NCBI RefSeq assembly: GCF_009914755.1
Contig: NC_060929.1
DNA: 64,000 nucleotides
Direction: 5' to 3' (one strand)
Source: the human T2T-CHM13v2.0 reference genome, Homo sapiens
In this document: positions 36,336-52,710 of the stretch, piece after piece
Layout of the letters: the number at the start of each line of letters is the position of its first letter
Numbering within the stretch: position 1 is the stretch's first letter
Position numbers and translations under genes: made by a program
Notes under the pieces: model-generated
The model's database searches: none
Seen by the model: the letters and a program-made list of their open reading frames with translations, nothing else
What the model was told of the DNA's origin: nothing

Positions 36336-39301
36336 TATGTTTAGGAAAATTTTAGTTAACACTTTGCAATCAAATACTTGTTACAAAGATTGGTTTATCC
36401 CGACACTTGGTTTTAATGGTCGAATAAATGATTCAATGATGTAATACTCAGTGACCTGGCTTCCAAATCACGATATTCACTTCTCAATCCTGTTCACACT
36501 GACATGGAAGTTTTGATAAAATTCAGCTGATCTGTCTCCATCTGTCCTGATGTCAATCAGTTCTTGAAATTCAACCAAAAAAATTGTATTTTTATTTTTA
36601 AGCAAATGGATTTAAGACTCATTGAATCTTTATTTGGAAGATTTTTAACTGAATTTAAACATTCTTTTCCTAAGGTATATCACTGTGCAGATATGAGAGT
36701 GTTTAGAGTGTTTTTGTCAAGAAAATCACACAAAAAGACATTTCTAATTGCATGCTTTTCACAGATGATATCTCCATAGCATGTTCTTTTAAATAGATCA
36801 TTTCTCACCTCATCTTTATTTTATTTTGAAAGCAAAGTCTCTTTTGCTGTGCAAGGTAACATATACACAGGTTCTTGGAATTCAGATGTGAATGTTTGAG
36901 GAAAGCCATTATTCTCCTTACCACGCATAGCCTCCTCACTTTTGTTAATCACTGTCACTCAAGGGATAACATAAAAGTTATTGGTACAACACACACAAAC
37001 ACCAAAAAGAAAAAATAATTTCTAGATTTTAGGGAGACAATACTGGGGTCTAAAGGATAACAGAACTCCTTAGGTTAGGATATCAGCATTTCCCAAACAA
37101 GCAAATGTGCAAAATTTAGCATCCATCAGTGTTCTGGAAGCAAGGGACCATTGGCGAATATACCTCTCCTCAATTTCAAGGTTACAGGCAGAAATGCAAC
37201 TGAGACTCCTTCATCCAACTGTTGCTAGTGCAGATAACAGCTGCTGCCCCCTCCACGGCATAGTGGCCACCAGCACGGAAGTAGCCTGGTCAGTCTTTTC
37301 CTAGCCTTCCCAGCAGACAGATGTCCTCCTGCCTCTCTCTGCATGGCCAGCCTCCTGCCAGCCCAGCACGGCAGCACTGCCTTCAGTTCTATTTTTAATT
37401 TATAGTGCTGGGACCATGGATGTTTTAGTAGCATTTCACACAGCTTAGAACACATTTTGCATTAGGTCTAGAAAAGCATTGCCAAGAATACTTATTCTCT
37501 TACCCCCAAAGCCACCGCGGTTTCCTCCATCATCCTTAGCCTCACTTACCTGGATGCTGTTGCACACGGACCACCCTATCCTGGTTGTCAGCCTGCGTAA
37601 AGAATCTCCTGAAAGAGATTTTCATGAAAGGGCTTTACAGAAGGCAACAAGAGCACAGAGAAGTTCTGGGTACACTGCCTTTGGCATGCTCAGAAGCAGG
37701 TCCAATCCTAGCATGAGCAAGGAAATTGATAGAACCACAACAGTTTACCCAAACCATCGTCTGTTTAAAGAGTGGTATGAGGTCTTCACCCCATGCCTGC
37801 TTCTTTATGTCTGCAGTGAAATTCATACATTCATTTTGAATTAGCAATTGATTGTCAAACATCTGTTTAGTGTTGGATTAAGTAGATATTAGAGACCTAA
37901 CGGAGAAATCCAGCAGTCCAGATCAACGAATATATTGATCTGTTTATCTCCTGGTTTTTATATCACTAGCAGAATTCTTAATACTACTAATAAGCATCTA
38001 TTAAATTACTACAGTAGACAGAGTTAGGTACACACCTTCTAGATTGACACAGATTTAGCCACACCAAAAAAAAGGAAGAAAGAAACCTATAGCAGCACCA
38101 ACTCATCACCCAGGCACTCCACATAAAGCATAAATGGCCCAGTGAAAAGCACAATTCCAGGAAGCCCCAGGCACTGACCCTATTCACGCCTAGCGTGAGA
38201 GTCACCCCATGTCTCTGGGTGCACTTTTGTGTTTGGCATCCTGCCCATTGCAGCACCTCCCACGGGGGGGCCTGGAGCCTAGTACCCAAGCCTCAGTGCC
38301 CACCAACAGACCTCAGGACTGTGCACTGTAACTGAGAAACTCTGAAGACATTCATGGCTTCTGCATTAGTGAGCTTGGGAATCTCATGTTGGAGGAAATG
38401 AATTAAGGGTGTTTATTCCAGGTCCTTTGGAAGAGCCTGGAATGGGGCTTACTTAGGGCCTGCCACTTTCATGATCTTGATCATTGAACCTTGTTTCTTC
38501 TGGAAGACCAGCCAGAGCCCTCCATAGATGGACCGCTGCATGAGGCTGTTGGACGAAGCATATTTGGTCAGGCCGATAGGCTTGGGGTCGGGATTCTAGC
38601 AAGTGGGGCCCTGAGATTAATGACAAACACCTGAGGCCAGGCACACCCTCTGCAGAGTTTTGCATAGCTCAGAACTCTCTCTTGGAAGGAGGTTTATGCT
38701 CTGTGCTATACGGGAAATTTTCTCTAAACTGGGAATTGCAGAGGTCAGGAAGGTATCTGAAGCAACTGAAGAAGTTCAAGCTGGAAGAGGATTTCCGAAG
38801 TGTGACTCTTTGGAGAGGCCATTGTGTGGATCCAATGCCTAAAGTACCCTTTCCATTCCTTTGAGCTCAAGCTGGAAGCTTCCAGGTTTAGCATGACAAA
38901 ACCCTACAAACTGGAAGTGGGTTTTCAAGGTAACACTAGCAGTTTCTGTTTATAGAAACCATCGAAATGGAGGTTAAATGAACATTTCAAAAGAATTTGT
39001 TTGTAAAGCCTTCTAATAAAAACATTTAATGGCAAAAGATGGGACCAAATAGCCTAAAGGACATAGCCACAAACTGTTCAATGTGAAAAACATGTGATTT
39101 TTTTTTCTCTCAGCTGAATTGAAAACTCATTTTAAAAATTTTACTTCAACTGTAAAGAACTATTCGTTTTTACAATAAGACTCTCACTTTCCTCCAGTAA
39201 GACTTTCACTTTCAGAGAGCGATGGTAAGGGAGGACTTTCCCTTCAGGAATGGAAAGGAGACACTCCCTGCTGGGGAGCACTGGCTTGACAGGCTTGCCA
39301 T

Positions 39302-40056
39302 TGAGAACTAAGCTCTGACTTTTTATCTTGCCCAATTTCCTATCTAAGGGGTCTGGGGAGTCATGCCCTACAAACCATACATTCTCATCACATGGGTTTT
39401 CTGTGACCCTGTATATCATGACTTACTTTCCAATCTGAGCATAACGAGGAAGAAAATCAAAATGTTTTACCCCAAAATATATTTCCTTGCTATACCTTGA
39501 AATTGCCCTGCAAAGTCTCTTGTGGGAAAAATCACCTTCTATAGAGAATCCCCATTTTTTCCTTCTTCCTTTCCAGACCCAGGAAATCATCAACTAAGAG
39601 ACAGGCACCCTTTTAGGTCTAATAAGAAACATTTTACAACCTGCGCTCTCTCTGAAGTCTGCTATCTGAGAGATTCCTCTGCACAGTACAACTTGGTCTC
39701 CACAGTCCTTTACCTTAACCTCAACATTCCTTTTCATTGATCCCAGGTCTTCAGATAAACTCAAACCAATTGTCAACCACAAAATGTTTAAATTTACCTA
39801 TAGCCTGGGAGCCCCGCCCCCTCCTCCTCACTTTGAGTTGTCCCACCTTTCTGAAGCAAATCAATGTGTTTCTTAAATGTATTTGATTGATGTCTCATGC
39901 CTCCCTAAAATATATAAACCCAAGCTGTGCCCCAACCACCATGGACACATGTTCTTGGCAACTCCTGAGGGCTATGTCACAGGCCATGGTCACTCATATT
40001 TGGCTCAGAATAAGTCTCTTCAAATATTTTACAGAGTTTGACTCTTTTCATCAACA
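39302..40056 (+). mobile_element. MER4 (D/E-like) ERV1 solo LTR
   Basis: tgagaactaagctctg...tatttggctcagaataa.tctcttcaaatattttacagagtttgactcttttcatcaaca; perfect 4-bp TSD CCAT. Confidence 0.88.
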
Positions 40057-40661
40057 CCATTGTCCTTTCCTTCCCTTCTTTGGCTGCATTTAAAGGCAGC
40101 AGTGATCACAGCTGCCGCCTGGATGTCCCAGTTGTCCATCTGGATGTCCACCAAGATAGCTTCCCAGATAACAGCCAGACCTTTCAATCCAGCCAGGGCT
40201 GGCCTTTCCCATTGGGAACTCAGCAGTGTAATTTGTCAGCACCCCAAACACGCACCCCACTCTTGCACCAGGCTCACAGACACTGAGGCATCGAAAGCAG
40301 AAAGTAGATTATCTATGAATTGATGCTGAGCAGTCCCACCTCATCCATGTGTGACTCCCCCCTTTGCAGGTCAGTTACCTTCATCATCGTGCCCCACAAG
40401 TAGAAATAAGATCAAGTGGAGCTTTGGGACTCCTTGTCGTGACGAGGTCACACCTGGACATGGATGATGGTCTTGAACCCAACTGGTCTCTCCTGGGGCC
40501 TTTCCTTAGGTCATCGCTGGAGAGACACTGGCTCGTTTCCTTCTCCTGCTCTTTTTCCTTGTATTTCAGCTGCTGCCCGGCCACATCTCTATCTCTCTGA
40601 TATTACTCTTTAAGATATCTGTTCTGGGTCTATTTATGTTTTGTTTTTTTTTAATTTAATT

Positions 40662-40972
<311 letters not shown>

Positions 40973-41079
40973 TTATTTAATTCTTAGGAAAAAAAATCTT
41001 TAATCACTTTGTCTAAATTCTATGAGAGATAGGAACCACCTCCGTATACCACCGACATGTTAAAGAGGCCATTTCCTAG

Positions 41080-41401
<322 letters not shown>

Positions 41402-42942
41402 GGGTGGAGTTTTCTTTATGGGTCTGATGATGATACTGAGATTCCCATACGTAAAGTCCAAGATTGCACAGCTGTGTATAATGTCTGCATTGGGACTTCA
41501 GCCCCCATTATCTGGTTCTAAATGCTCAGCTCTTTCCCACATGGGGCCTCAGTGCCAGTGCTGGCGGTGCCTACGGCTCTGTGCTCAGTTGATATTGCCC
41601 CCCTGGCTTCCTGCCTTCCTGCTCCATCCTCTCCCACTGTGGGTCAGGGTCATGGATTCTATTCCCTAGCAGTTGGTCTTCCCTCCGTGTGCTTGCGTTT
41701 TTCCCTGGAACATAACTCTTACAAAACAGCTACCAAGGTAGCTGGTTAATTACTAGTCTCAGCTTCATGCCCCAGTTCCTCTGCATAGACTAAGGACTCC
41801 TCAGGGATGGGTTGTGTTCTAGGCACCTGTTTGTCCTCAGTAGCTAGCGCTGTCCTGGAACTTGATGGGATAGTCCAATGTATATCAAGAGATGGATGGA
41901 TGAAGAACGGCAAGACTCATGCTCGGGTAAATAAAAGAGCATTCAGAGCATATGAGCAAATAAACTGTCTCACAAGCTGTCAGAAGGGGAGAGGATTACT
42001 GCAGCTACTTCCAGGCTTTTCCACTTTCCTGATGAGGGAAAGTGCAAGAGTAAACAAATAATAGGTGTCTCGGCGGGGATGACAGACATGTCTTGGGAAG
42101 GAAAGCTTCATGTTCTTTCTTCAGTTCTGCCTTCAGGCTTCAATATGTAGATGTTTTGCAAAGGTCGCGTGTTCCACTCTCAAACCATCAGAAAGTTTCA
42201 GGCTAAAGAGACCTCAGAACAGGAGAGCCAGCATTCTTGGTATCTGTTCATCTGGTTCCAAACTCCAAAAGATATCTACATTTTTTTGAGTAACTGTTTC
42301 TCAGTATTTAAGATGTGTGATTCATTGACTTTTCTTCATACTTTTAACATGATAATATCCCCTTCCAAGCTCATAAAATAACATGTCAAGACTTGTTCAG
42401 GAGTGAAAAGGCCATTCTGTCTGTCGGAATGAATACATTCTACACTGATGTGGGTAGCACAATGAGGTAACCATTGTATATGATAACAATTTTGTGTATC
42501 ATCTTCCACTAACTAAACTTAACTAAATTTTCATTGCCTTTAAGTAATTAAATCAATTAAAATGAAAGTATTCCATAGTTGGAAAGGATATTGAAAGTGA
42601 AAGCAATGCTTATTTAACCTCCCTCCCTCTATTAAGAAGACGTTCTAAGCGTTGATGGTGTAGACATGGGGTCTGCTCACTACGACAGTATCAGGGATGC
42701 AGAGGTGATGCCATGGTGATCTGGTGTGACTTCTCTAGAACAAGGATTTCTTCTTTGCTGACAGCTACCTGTCTGTGCCATTTCAGGTAAATGGGCTACT
42801 CTCCTGGAGAATAAGACAGGAAAAATGAATTGTATGATCCCTCTAGATTTCAACACAAACAACTCCAGTGAAAAATTAGTGAGGATGAGAGGAAATATTT
42901 TTTCTACAAAGTATGTGCTTCATTATTTAAGTTGTCTGAAAC

Positions 42943-43340
42943 TATGGTGGGATGGTTAATGTGTCAATTTGGGTAGGCCATGGTACCCAGATATTTGGTC
43001 AAAGACTAGATGTTTTTGTGAAGGTTATTTTTAAGATGAGATTACCATTTAAATCAGTAAACTCTGAGTAAATCAGATTACCCTCTATAATGCGGGTGAG
43101 CCTCATCCATTCAGCTGAAGGCCTGAAGAGAAAGACTGAAATCTCCAAAGGAAGAAGGAATTCTGCCTCCAGGCTACCTTCAGACTGCTCATCTGCCCTG
43201 TGGAATCTTAACTTGCCAGCTCCTGCAGTCACATGAGCCACTTTCTAAAAGTAAATGTTCTCTCTCTCTCTCAATAGACAGATAGACAGCAATGGACACA
43301 TCCTATTTTTTCTGTTTCTCTGGAGAACTAACTAATACAC
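42943..43340 (+). mobile_element. MLT2 (C/D-like) solo LTR, sense orientation
   Basis: atggttaatgtgtcaatttgggtaggccatggtacccagatatttggtcaaa...tctgtttctctggagaac...taataca. Confidence 0.85.
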
Positions 43341-44354
43341 ATGGGTACTTCAGAGATCACTAGAAATCAGAAGAATAACATGGAGAATTTAAAAACAATA
43401 AGCACACATTTGAAAATACTGATCTAGAAAACAAGAGTTTTTGTTTTTTAATATAAATATGTTTATGTGGGGAAAAATAATTGATATGAACAGAAAGGGT
43501 GTGTTTTTAATGGTGGAGAGAAAAGAGTATGGCATTACTTGTCTTATAGCTAAGACATTTGTCAGACAAAGGTTTTCTTGTCTTTCATCTTCCAGTCATC
43601 TGAGATCAGCTTGGCATCAGAAGATGCCAGCTGCTCTGAAATTCCAACCCAAAGATGTGAAGTGTGATGAGGATGTGATGTTGCTCAACAACTTGTTCAG
43701 TCTATACTAATTTTGGAATAGCCTGAAATCCACCATAGCTCCAGTCTTTACTAATTTAAGAGTAGCCTGGAATCCATGTCTACTCCACTATTTTCCTGAA
43801 ACATAATTCTATATTGAAATGTGCCTGGTTCTAACTGCACCCAGTATGAGGAGGCACAGCAGGCAGCCATCCTGGGCCTGATGGTGGGAAGCAGTGCACC
43901 TTGTGAATATTGTGGGAATCACCTGAACTGCTGACACTTCTAAAAAGGAGGAAATGAACAAGAATTAGAGGGAATACACTGGTAGGAACAAAAGGAATCA
44001 AGAGTGTAGATGAGCCAAGTCCAAATTCCAATACAGTAAATAGCCAAGTAAAGCAGAAGGAATATCTCTTCCCCTCTAAACTAATAAATACTTACCTGGG
44101 TCGAAGGGTGGTGAGAAGCCAGACAATCTAGGACTGTCCAGGTGTGTGAGTCTAAGCAGGAGTTCCCAGATGGACACGGTAGGTCAGAGGGCTGAGTTTG
44201 TACACAAAGCTCGGGAGACCATTCATTGGGAGAACTGCAAATCAAATGATATAGGGGAGGATCTGGGTGCATTGGGATCACATTGAGAGATGAGAATCCA
44301 GATCCCAGAAAACTTGGTATCCCTGGCCAAGGAATTTACGTTTTACCATTCAGA

Positions 44355-44597
44355 TGGGTGGTTTTCAGTTTACGTGGCACTGGTTAGTGGGTCATGAAAT
44401 CAATTCCATGGGTTGCAATTTGCATTTTTACAGAATAGAATAGAAAATGTCAGCGCATTTCATGTAAAAAAGGTAAGTTTTTGTGGGGGGAACCAGTTGC
44501 TCCAGTTACATCTCTCTCTATTTATTATCAGTGTGTACGTGCACAGGGTTTTCTTCCAGTCCATCAATCCTAATCACACAGGTCAAAAGCCACTGCT
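44355..44597. mobile_element. hAT-Charlie-type MER fossil, family uncertain
   Basis: gtggttttca...gtgggtcatgaaatcaatt...aatagaatagaaaat...aaaagccactg. Confidence 0.55.
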
Positions 44598-45422
44598 GCC
44601 GGCAATGGGGAACCACTGAAGAGTTTAAAGTTGCAAGCAGCAGGGTTAGCTTTTGCATTTAGAAAGATACTGTTGTTTCAGAGACAGGATAGATGACACG
44701 GGCAGGGTTATGTAGAGGATGGCTTTGGGATACTGTAGCTCTGCCACCCCCAGGCAATGTGAGCTTAGGTCATGTTCCTCAATGGTTTATGGGCATAGTC
44801 ACCATTCCCAACATATGGGCTTTCTGTGTTTCTTATGGCCCAGCACATGGTGCCTGGCTCAGGGTAACCACTCCAGACAGTTAAGTTGTCACCAATGTTA
44901 TTTTTTCATTTACTTAATATTTTGGGTTTTAATGTATTTATTTTCATTCATTGCCCAGTATATGAAAAACACTGCATAATCAGCCTAAAAATAGGCCATA
45001 TGGACTATGAGACCTGCAAACACTACAGGGAGGCGTGGCACTGAGGGCCTTTCAGTGGTGAAAGATGGTGGTGCCCCTCCCACTTTTCACTCTGCCTCTT
45101 TCTAACCAGTTTGATTATTCTGTGTCTACCTAGTTTAAGAGACTGTGATAGCCCGAGCCGATGGGACTGAGCTTATGTCTCATAATAATATCCATTTTCT
45201 CAATATTGATTGAGTAGGTATTGTGTGTAAAATATTTGATCATTTAAAAAATGGTTATATTTATTTTTGTGACAAAATGTACATGGACTGAATGGCTTTA
45301 TTCAGCACATATACTACTATGCTATTATTTAACCTTATAACAGAAAACAAAAACTTGGTTTATATACTAGAAATATATGCTCAATGGTACATGGAATATG
45401 TGCACACATGCATGTTATAAAA

Positions 45423-45751
45423 TAGCCATCTCCAACCTTTTTGACACCAGGGACGGGTTTTGTAGAAGACAATTTTTCCACAGATCAGGGGAGAGGATGG
45501 TTTTGGGATGAAACTGTTCACCCTCAGATCATCAGTCATTAGATTCTCATAAGGAGCACGCAACCTAGATCCCTCCCGTGCACAGTTTACTATAGCGTCC
45601 ATGCTTCTGTGAGAATCTAATGCTGCCGCTGATCTGACAGCAGAGGCGGAGCTCAAGCGGTAATGCTCACTAACCCACCACTCACCTCCTGCTCTGCGGC
45701 CCAGTTCCTAACAGGCCAGCCAGTCTTTGGCTTGGGGGTTGGGGACCCCTA
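45423..45751 (+). mobile_element. MER1B (hAT-Charlie MITE)
   Basis: ccaacctttttgacaccagggac...ttagattctcataaggagcacgcaacctagatcc...gggggttggggacccct. Confidence 0.9.
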
Positions 45752-46699
45752 CTCTAAAATGAACTCCATTGATCCCATATCTGCTATTCCATATCCCATG
45801 TGATAACTTTTCTAAGATTCCGTCTCTGGGTAGTGCTTTATTTCTTCTTGAGGAAATCAATCTTTAATGTGATTTTAATTATTTTAGAGACAGATGTTAG
45901 GCAAGAGAGGAATTTTGCAACTAGAAATGATCATGACCACTTCAGTTCTTCAGCTATGAACAGCATGCCTATGTGTATTTTAAATCCAGTCTTGCATCTT
46001 CTTTATTTGTATAACAAGCATTAGAAAACATTTTGATTGATCTGGTTTTCAATGGAATCATATTGTTAAAATTTTGCTTAAGATATGTGTCATAATGGGA
46101 AAAAAAGTTAAGGTATTTCCCAACTTTTTCAGCTGGTTATTTGGGGCATTTCACTACTAATTTTGGCAATTTCCCAAAGGCAAAATGCTACAAAACAAAA
46201 TTCAGTAAAAAAACAAACATATTCAGTGGTTTTTCTACTTAATGATCACTCATAGACAATGATGCTCGAGTGAGCATGGGATAGTCAACAGGGAAACGGA
46301 GGAGGATTTATGTTTAGTATTAATTACACAACTGAGAAATAGTTCTCTCCATCAAAGAGCTGCCTTGGAAACTTCTTATTGTTCACTATGAGTGTGGTGG
46401 AGACATCCGTGACAGCATATGAATCAAACTAATTGTAACTCTTACTTGGTGATGAAAAAAAAATGACATGTGCGTTCTTCTAAATTAAGTCTTTCTCACA
46501 CAAATTACTGGTTGCCACCGTAAATCAAGCAACATGTGTTTTGAATTCTGACTGCTAGAGAATTAGCTATTGAGTGGGGAAATGAGATACTTTTGTTTGC
46601 AGCTACACTCAAGTAGACTTTTTTTTTTTGGCTTTATCTAAAAATACATGTTGTAGAAGTATTGACTCACCAGCTTCTACAGCAAGAAAGATATTCAGA

Positions 46700-46850
46700 G
46701 TGTTAGTCCGGCCCCTTCATTTTCAGGTGAGGAAAATGATGCCCCGGAAGGTTAGGGAGTGACTTGGAGTCTCATTCAAATGAGTGGGTGAGCTTGGACT
46801 TGAATTTCCATTTTCTGGTTTTGGTGCAGTGACTTTTGTGCTCTCTGATG
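46700..46850 (-). mobile_element. MIR
   Basis: cttcattttcaggtgaggaaaatga...ggttagggagtgactt. Confidence 0.6.
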
Positions 46851-47235
46851 GCTGCTATCTCAGTAGCAAGCAGTCACCTAAATTCAGACGTGGCCAGGTC
46901 CCTGCATAAGCCCATATACTATCAGGACACAAGGAGGTGGTGGGGTGGGATTTGATCCAGACTCTTGACTCCAAAGCTACCACACTCTCCTTCTCAGCTG
47001 AGAACTCAGTGATAACTTAAAATTTATTATTTTCTAAAAGATCTATTGTATGGCTTTTATTGTAAAGTACAACATGTTAAGTAAGCTGTGAGTGTCAAAT
47101 TATGGAGATAATAGTAAAAATGCCCTTCGGATGAAGGATATAAACTTTATTGTCCTTAATTCAATTGTCAGTGACATTTTTAATGTGTCTGCAATGCCTT
47201 TAACTTTGAAACTTTTCAAGGGAACTTTCTCTATA

Positions 47236-47738
47236 CTGGGAGTCATCAAACTACCACCTGTGGGTCAAATCTGGCCTGCCACCTGTTTTTATGTGGCCTG
47301 AGTACTAAGAATGGTTTTTATATTGTTAGATGATTTTTTTTTTTAAGAGAGAGGGTGTTGCTCTATCACCCAGGCTAGGCTAGAGGGCAGTGGTGCCATC
47401 ATGGCTTACTACAGCCTCGACCTCCTGGGCTTAAAGGATCCTCCTGCCTCAGCCTCCCGAGTAGCTGGGATTACAGGTGTGAGCTACCACTTCTGGTTGA
47501 TGTTTTAAAAACTAAATATATGTATCTTATTACAAGTGAAAATTATATGAAATTGTTTATTTTTCACAAATCAAGTTTTATTGGAACACAGAGCCACACT
47601 CATTCATTTGCACATTGGCTATGGCTGCTTACAGTCTACAGTGGCAGAGTTGGGTAGTCATGGCAGAGAGGCCATGGTGCTCAAGGCCTGAACTATTCAC
47701 TTGCAGCCCTTTACAGGGGTGGTATGCCAGCCCCTGCT
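47236..47738 (+). mobile_element. MER58B-like hAT MITE interrupted by an Alu monomer (47335-47497, minus)
   Basis: caaactaccacctgtgggtcaaatctggcctgccacctgttttt...aagttttattggaacaca...ccctttacag...cccctg. Confidence 0.8.
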
Positions 47739-47924
47739 CTGCTCTGCCTGAATGGAGGCTCCATGTCCTGGGATGTCATCCCACACTGCTGTGACTCTGC
47801 CTCTTTCCTCTGAGGCTGGAGACACTATAGTATCCCACACCACACAGAGGACATGCCTCCCTGGAAGGGTCAGGAGTACTATATCATGTAATTTTATTAA
47901 CCAAGTTACTTCATCACATGCTTA

Positions 47925-48335
<411 letters not shown>

Positions 48336-48377
48336 ACCTACAATGTGCACGAAACCTGATGTGATAGCCTGTGTTAA

Positions 48378-48572
48378 GCCAGCTTCTGCACCTCAGCACT
48401 GTGGGCATTGGAGTTGGGTACTTCATCGAGGTAGGGTCCACCCTGTGCCCTGCAGGATGCATAGCAGCATCCCTGCCCTCTGCCCACTGGGTCCAAGTAG
48501 CCTTTCTCCAGGCTCTGCCCAACCTCCACTCGTGTGGGGAATGAAGTTGTCCCTGGTTGCAACCACTGGTTT
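48378..48572 (-). mobile_element. MER20
   Basis: cctcagcactgtgggcatt...ctgtgccctgcaggatgcatagcagcatccctg...ctggttgcaaccactg. Confidence 0.75.
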
Positions 48573-49730
48573 AGAATGCAGCCCCGCAGGAAAGCCAATA
48601 GGCAAGAGGTGGGGGACAGGGGAAGCTGAGACCCTGACAATACGTAGTAGCCAGAGGCCTCAGAGCGGGGCTGGGAGGCAAGATCATGAAGGGCAGCCTC
48701 CAGGGCTGTTGTATCCTGGAAGCTGTTTCCATTCTATTTGAGGCATGTCTGTGAGGCCACTGGAATGTGTTCTGGGATTCCTACCCCCCGATAAACTTAC
48801 GTTGTCAGGGCACCTAAGCACTCTTAGTTCCTTACACCCATGTGTCCAGTGGGAGAAAATGATCCACTGGAAGATGAAGGAGGAGGAAAGGCTGTTCCCT
48901 GGGTTTAGCCGCCCGCTGGCAGGGGCCTCAGAGGGTAGGGTCCAGTCTCAGCGTGTCTGTCGTCAGCTGTCCCTAGCTTCGGTGTTGGATTGACCCCCAC
49001 TGCTCCCTCCTGGCCCCCACGGCATCACTCCTTGCACTTGTGGTGGTGGTCGTGGTGAGGTTGTTTTCTGCTTCATTTGGGAGCCAGTAGGAGCATCGTA
49101 TTTCCAGGCTCCTGGCCTTCACATCTTACCCCTTTTCCCGCTGTATGGGAGGCTGGCGATTCAGTGGTTTCGGTGTGGGGTGGGTGCAGTTTACGTACTT
49201 AGTGCTCTATCTGCTTTGAGGCGGGCAGAGGGAAGTATTGGTGCGGGGAGGGCGCCCACAGGACAGCAGGGCTGGCTTTCTCCCTGTGTTTGGTTACGTG
49301 CCATTTCGAGTGTGCTCACCCCCTGGAGGGGAGCAGATCTCTTGCCAAGGAGGACAAACTTGGGGTTCCATCCATTCCTCAGCCTGGAAGGCTTCATTTC
49401 TAACCAAGAGAAACTGTTCCATTTTATTCATTTTTTAAAACACTTTCTGTGTTTCCAACCAAGCAATGATTTTCATCATCCTTAGGTCTGAAATTGAATA
49501 TAGCTGTTAGCCCCACTTTGTGGTATTCAGAAGAATTCTCTGACTTTGTGAGTTCTGAGCCACTGCTTGGAGGGGTGGGGAGGGTTAAAAGTCAAGCACA
49601 CCTCCATCTTATGCTTAGCTCTGGAATCTTCTTTCTCCTCTTGGCCACTGATTTTTGAAGTTTATAATACTGAACCATGACCTTTTTTGTGTCGTGGCTG
49701 TAGTGGTGAATTTCCTTTGTTGCATTTTAG

Positions 49731-50116
<386 letters not shown>

Positions 50117-51862
50117 TTAATATGACACTAATATTTGGCCACCCGTATTCATATCTTTATGGTTATCAAAAAATGGAACCATAATTATTGATCATTATTA
50201 AATAAGTGAAATAAACATCTGGAAGTGCAAAGAATGTGTAAATAAAATGCATTATTTCTGCCTGCCCTTCCCCCACCAAATGATTTGGAGGGCAACTGGG
50301 ATGACCAATGTAAGTGAAAGAGTTACAGAATAATTAAGTGACAAGGGGCACTACTGACTATGTGCCATCCTAATTCAGAGAAAAGAAGGATGCATGTAGG
50401 CTTGAACTTGTCAAAAGAGACTTTGCGCCCGTCGAGGCTAACATATGAAGGTTTTCTGCAAACCAGGCACTGTTCCATTGTGGATATTAATTCCTTTAAC
50501 CCTGCGATCCCCTACCACTGTGGGGCAAGAGCAGATTTTAAAGGAGAAGTAGTAACAAAACCAAACAAAATATATCAGGAGAGACTGTGCAGGGAAGAAT
50601 CAGCAGCCACAACTCTCTAGAATGTTAATGAAATGGTGGGCAGGTGTGTAGGTAGGACTGGATCCAATTATGAACTTCGTGGGCATGTTTAGGCTTGAAG
50701 TTCTTTTAGCAGTAGTAGAGGACTCCAATGAGTTTACTAGGTAATTGATATCGTTGGTATTATGTTGATGATATTAGCAAGTTAAGACTAGCGAGTGTAT
50801 AGTTTTCCCGATAAAGAACATTTAGCTACAGGAGAACATTTGTGAATTGAAGTATTTATTATATGATGTTTTTGAAATAATCACTTTGAAAGTTAATAAA
50901 TACTTCTGTTTTACTTTTCAGATGTGTTACTTTAAAACAAGATACTCTATTCTGTAGCTTTGCAGTATTGGGTAAATGATGAGTGAGGATCAGACATTTG
51001 ATGTGAGTTTCAGTTTTGAATCCAAGTTGCATAAAAAGCCTGAGATTCATCTACTGAATTGAGAGTTTTGAACATTTAAGGATCTTCTGCTCTGTCATAA
51101 TTGCTTATATCATATGCAAAGAACATCTTGCTACGGGTAGTGGTATGGTGTGCTTTTATCAGCTAGCAAAAAAGTATTTAAGTAAAATCACTAAATAGAT
51201 AGTCACTAAATAGAGAACAGAACAGTCCCAGATATTTCAATGGATCACTAAAGGATGAATCATGAAACATACCTAAATGTCATTTCATTAATTTCCTTCT
51301 TTCTTTGTTCAAAATTGTTTATTAAATCTTCTCAAACCTGTCTAATTTTTGTTTACTTTAATTTTCTTGACAAAACATCAACATGAATTAAAAAAAAATA
51401 CTTTCTGAGATAATTCATATGGATTTACGTCTACAACAGTCTTAAAATAAACTGAAAGTGAGTCACTGCATTTGTAGACAGCTGCTTCATTTCCATTGTC
51501 TGTCTTGTTTGTTTTAAGGCATTTCTAAGAATTATTTGCCAAATGTTAATTTGAGGTAGAAGCCACAGTGTGAGCTGAGTGATAATAATTTGCGTATTCA
51601 CCCTATGTCCTCCTAGAAGGACCAATCCTTCTGTGTCTTATCCTGTGGAGTTTCAGTCCAGCCTTGGCCATACGTTTGGACAAGAATGAACAGAAGAGAA
51701 ATATATTGAATATAGAACTGGACACAAGGTGAATTCACAGAAATTCAAACTGGAATTTAGGTAGCTGAAACTGGACTTGAAGTTGGAGTTTCTGTATTGC
51801 CTGCTCTCAGGGCCCCTTATGGAGAGGACCTGAGCCCCCAGATTCACTGTAGAAATTCTTTA

Positions 51863-52241
<379 letters not shown>

Positions 52242-52251
52242 TCATCCAAGC

Positions 52252-52710
52252 TGTGGCAGATGGAAAACATGAACGGTTCCTCTCCACGATTGAATCTGGG
52301 AGGGCTTGGGACTTACGTTGACTAACAGGAAATAGGGTAGTGACTGTGAATTCTGGAGTCCTGGCCTTATAAGTTCTTGAAGATCCTCTCTCATTTCCTG
52401 GGACTGCTGCCCTGAGAACACCATTAGGGAAGCCAGTCCAACCTGGCAGAGAATGAGTCTCCACATGGAGAAGACCCAAAGTCCCAGCCCATGGCCAGCA
52501 GCAATGGCCAGAAAGACATGTCACTGGGGCCAGCTTGTAGGGTCAGCCCACCTTCCAGCCGAGCACAATCATGGGATTGTTGACAGCAAAACCAGGAGGA
52601 CCCAGTACCTAGCCACCCAGCCCACTGAATCAGGAGAAGAAAATCCATCATTGTTGTTCCAAACCACTAGTTTTGGGGTGATTTGTTTTGCAGCAATAGA
52701 TGATTGAAAT
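52252..52710 (+). mobile_element. MLT1 (H/I-like) MaLR LTR
   Basis: tgtggcagat...ttgaatctggg...ccactagttttggggtgatttgttttgcagcaatagat. Confidence 0.75.
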
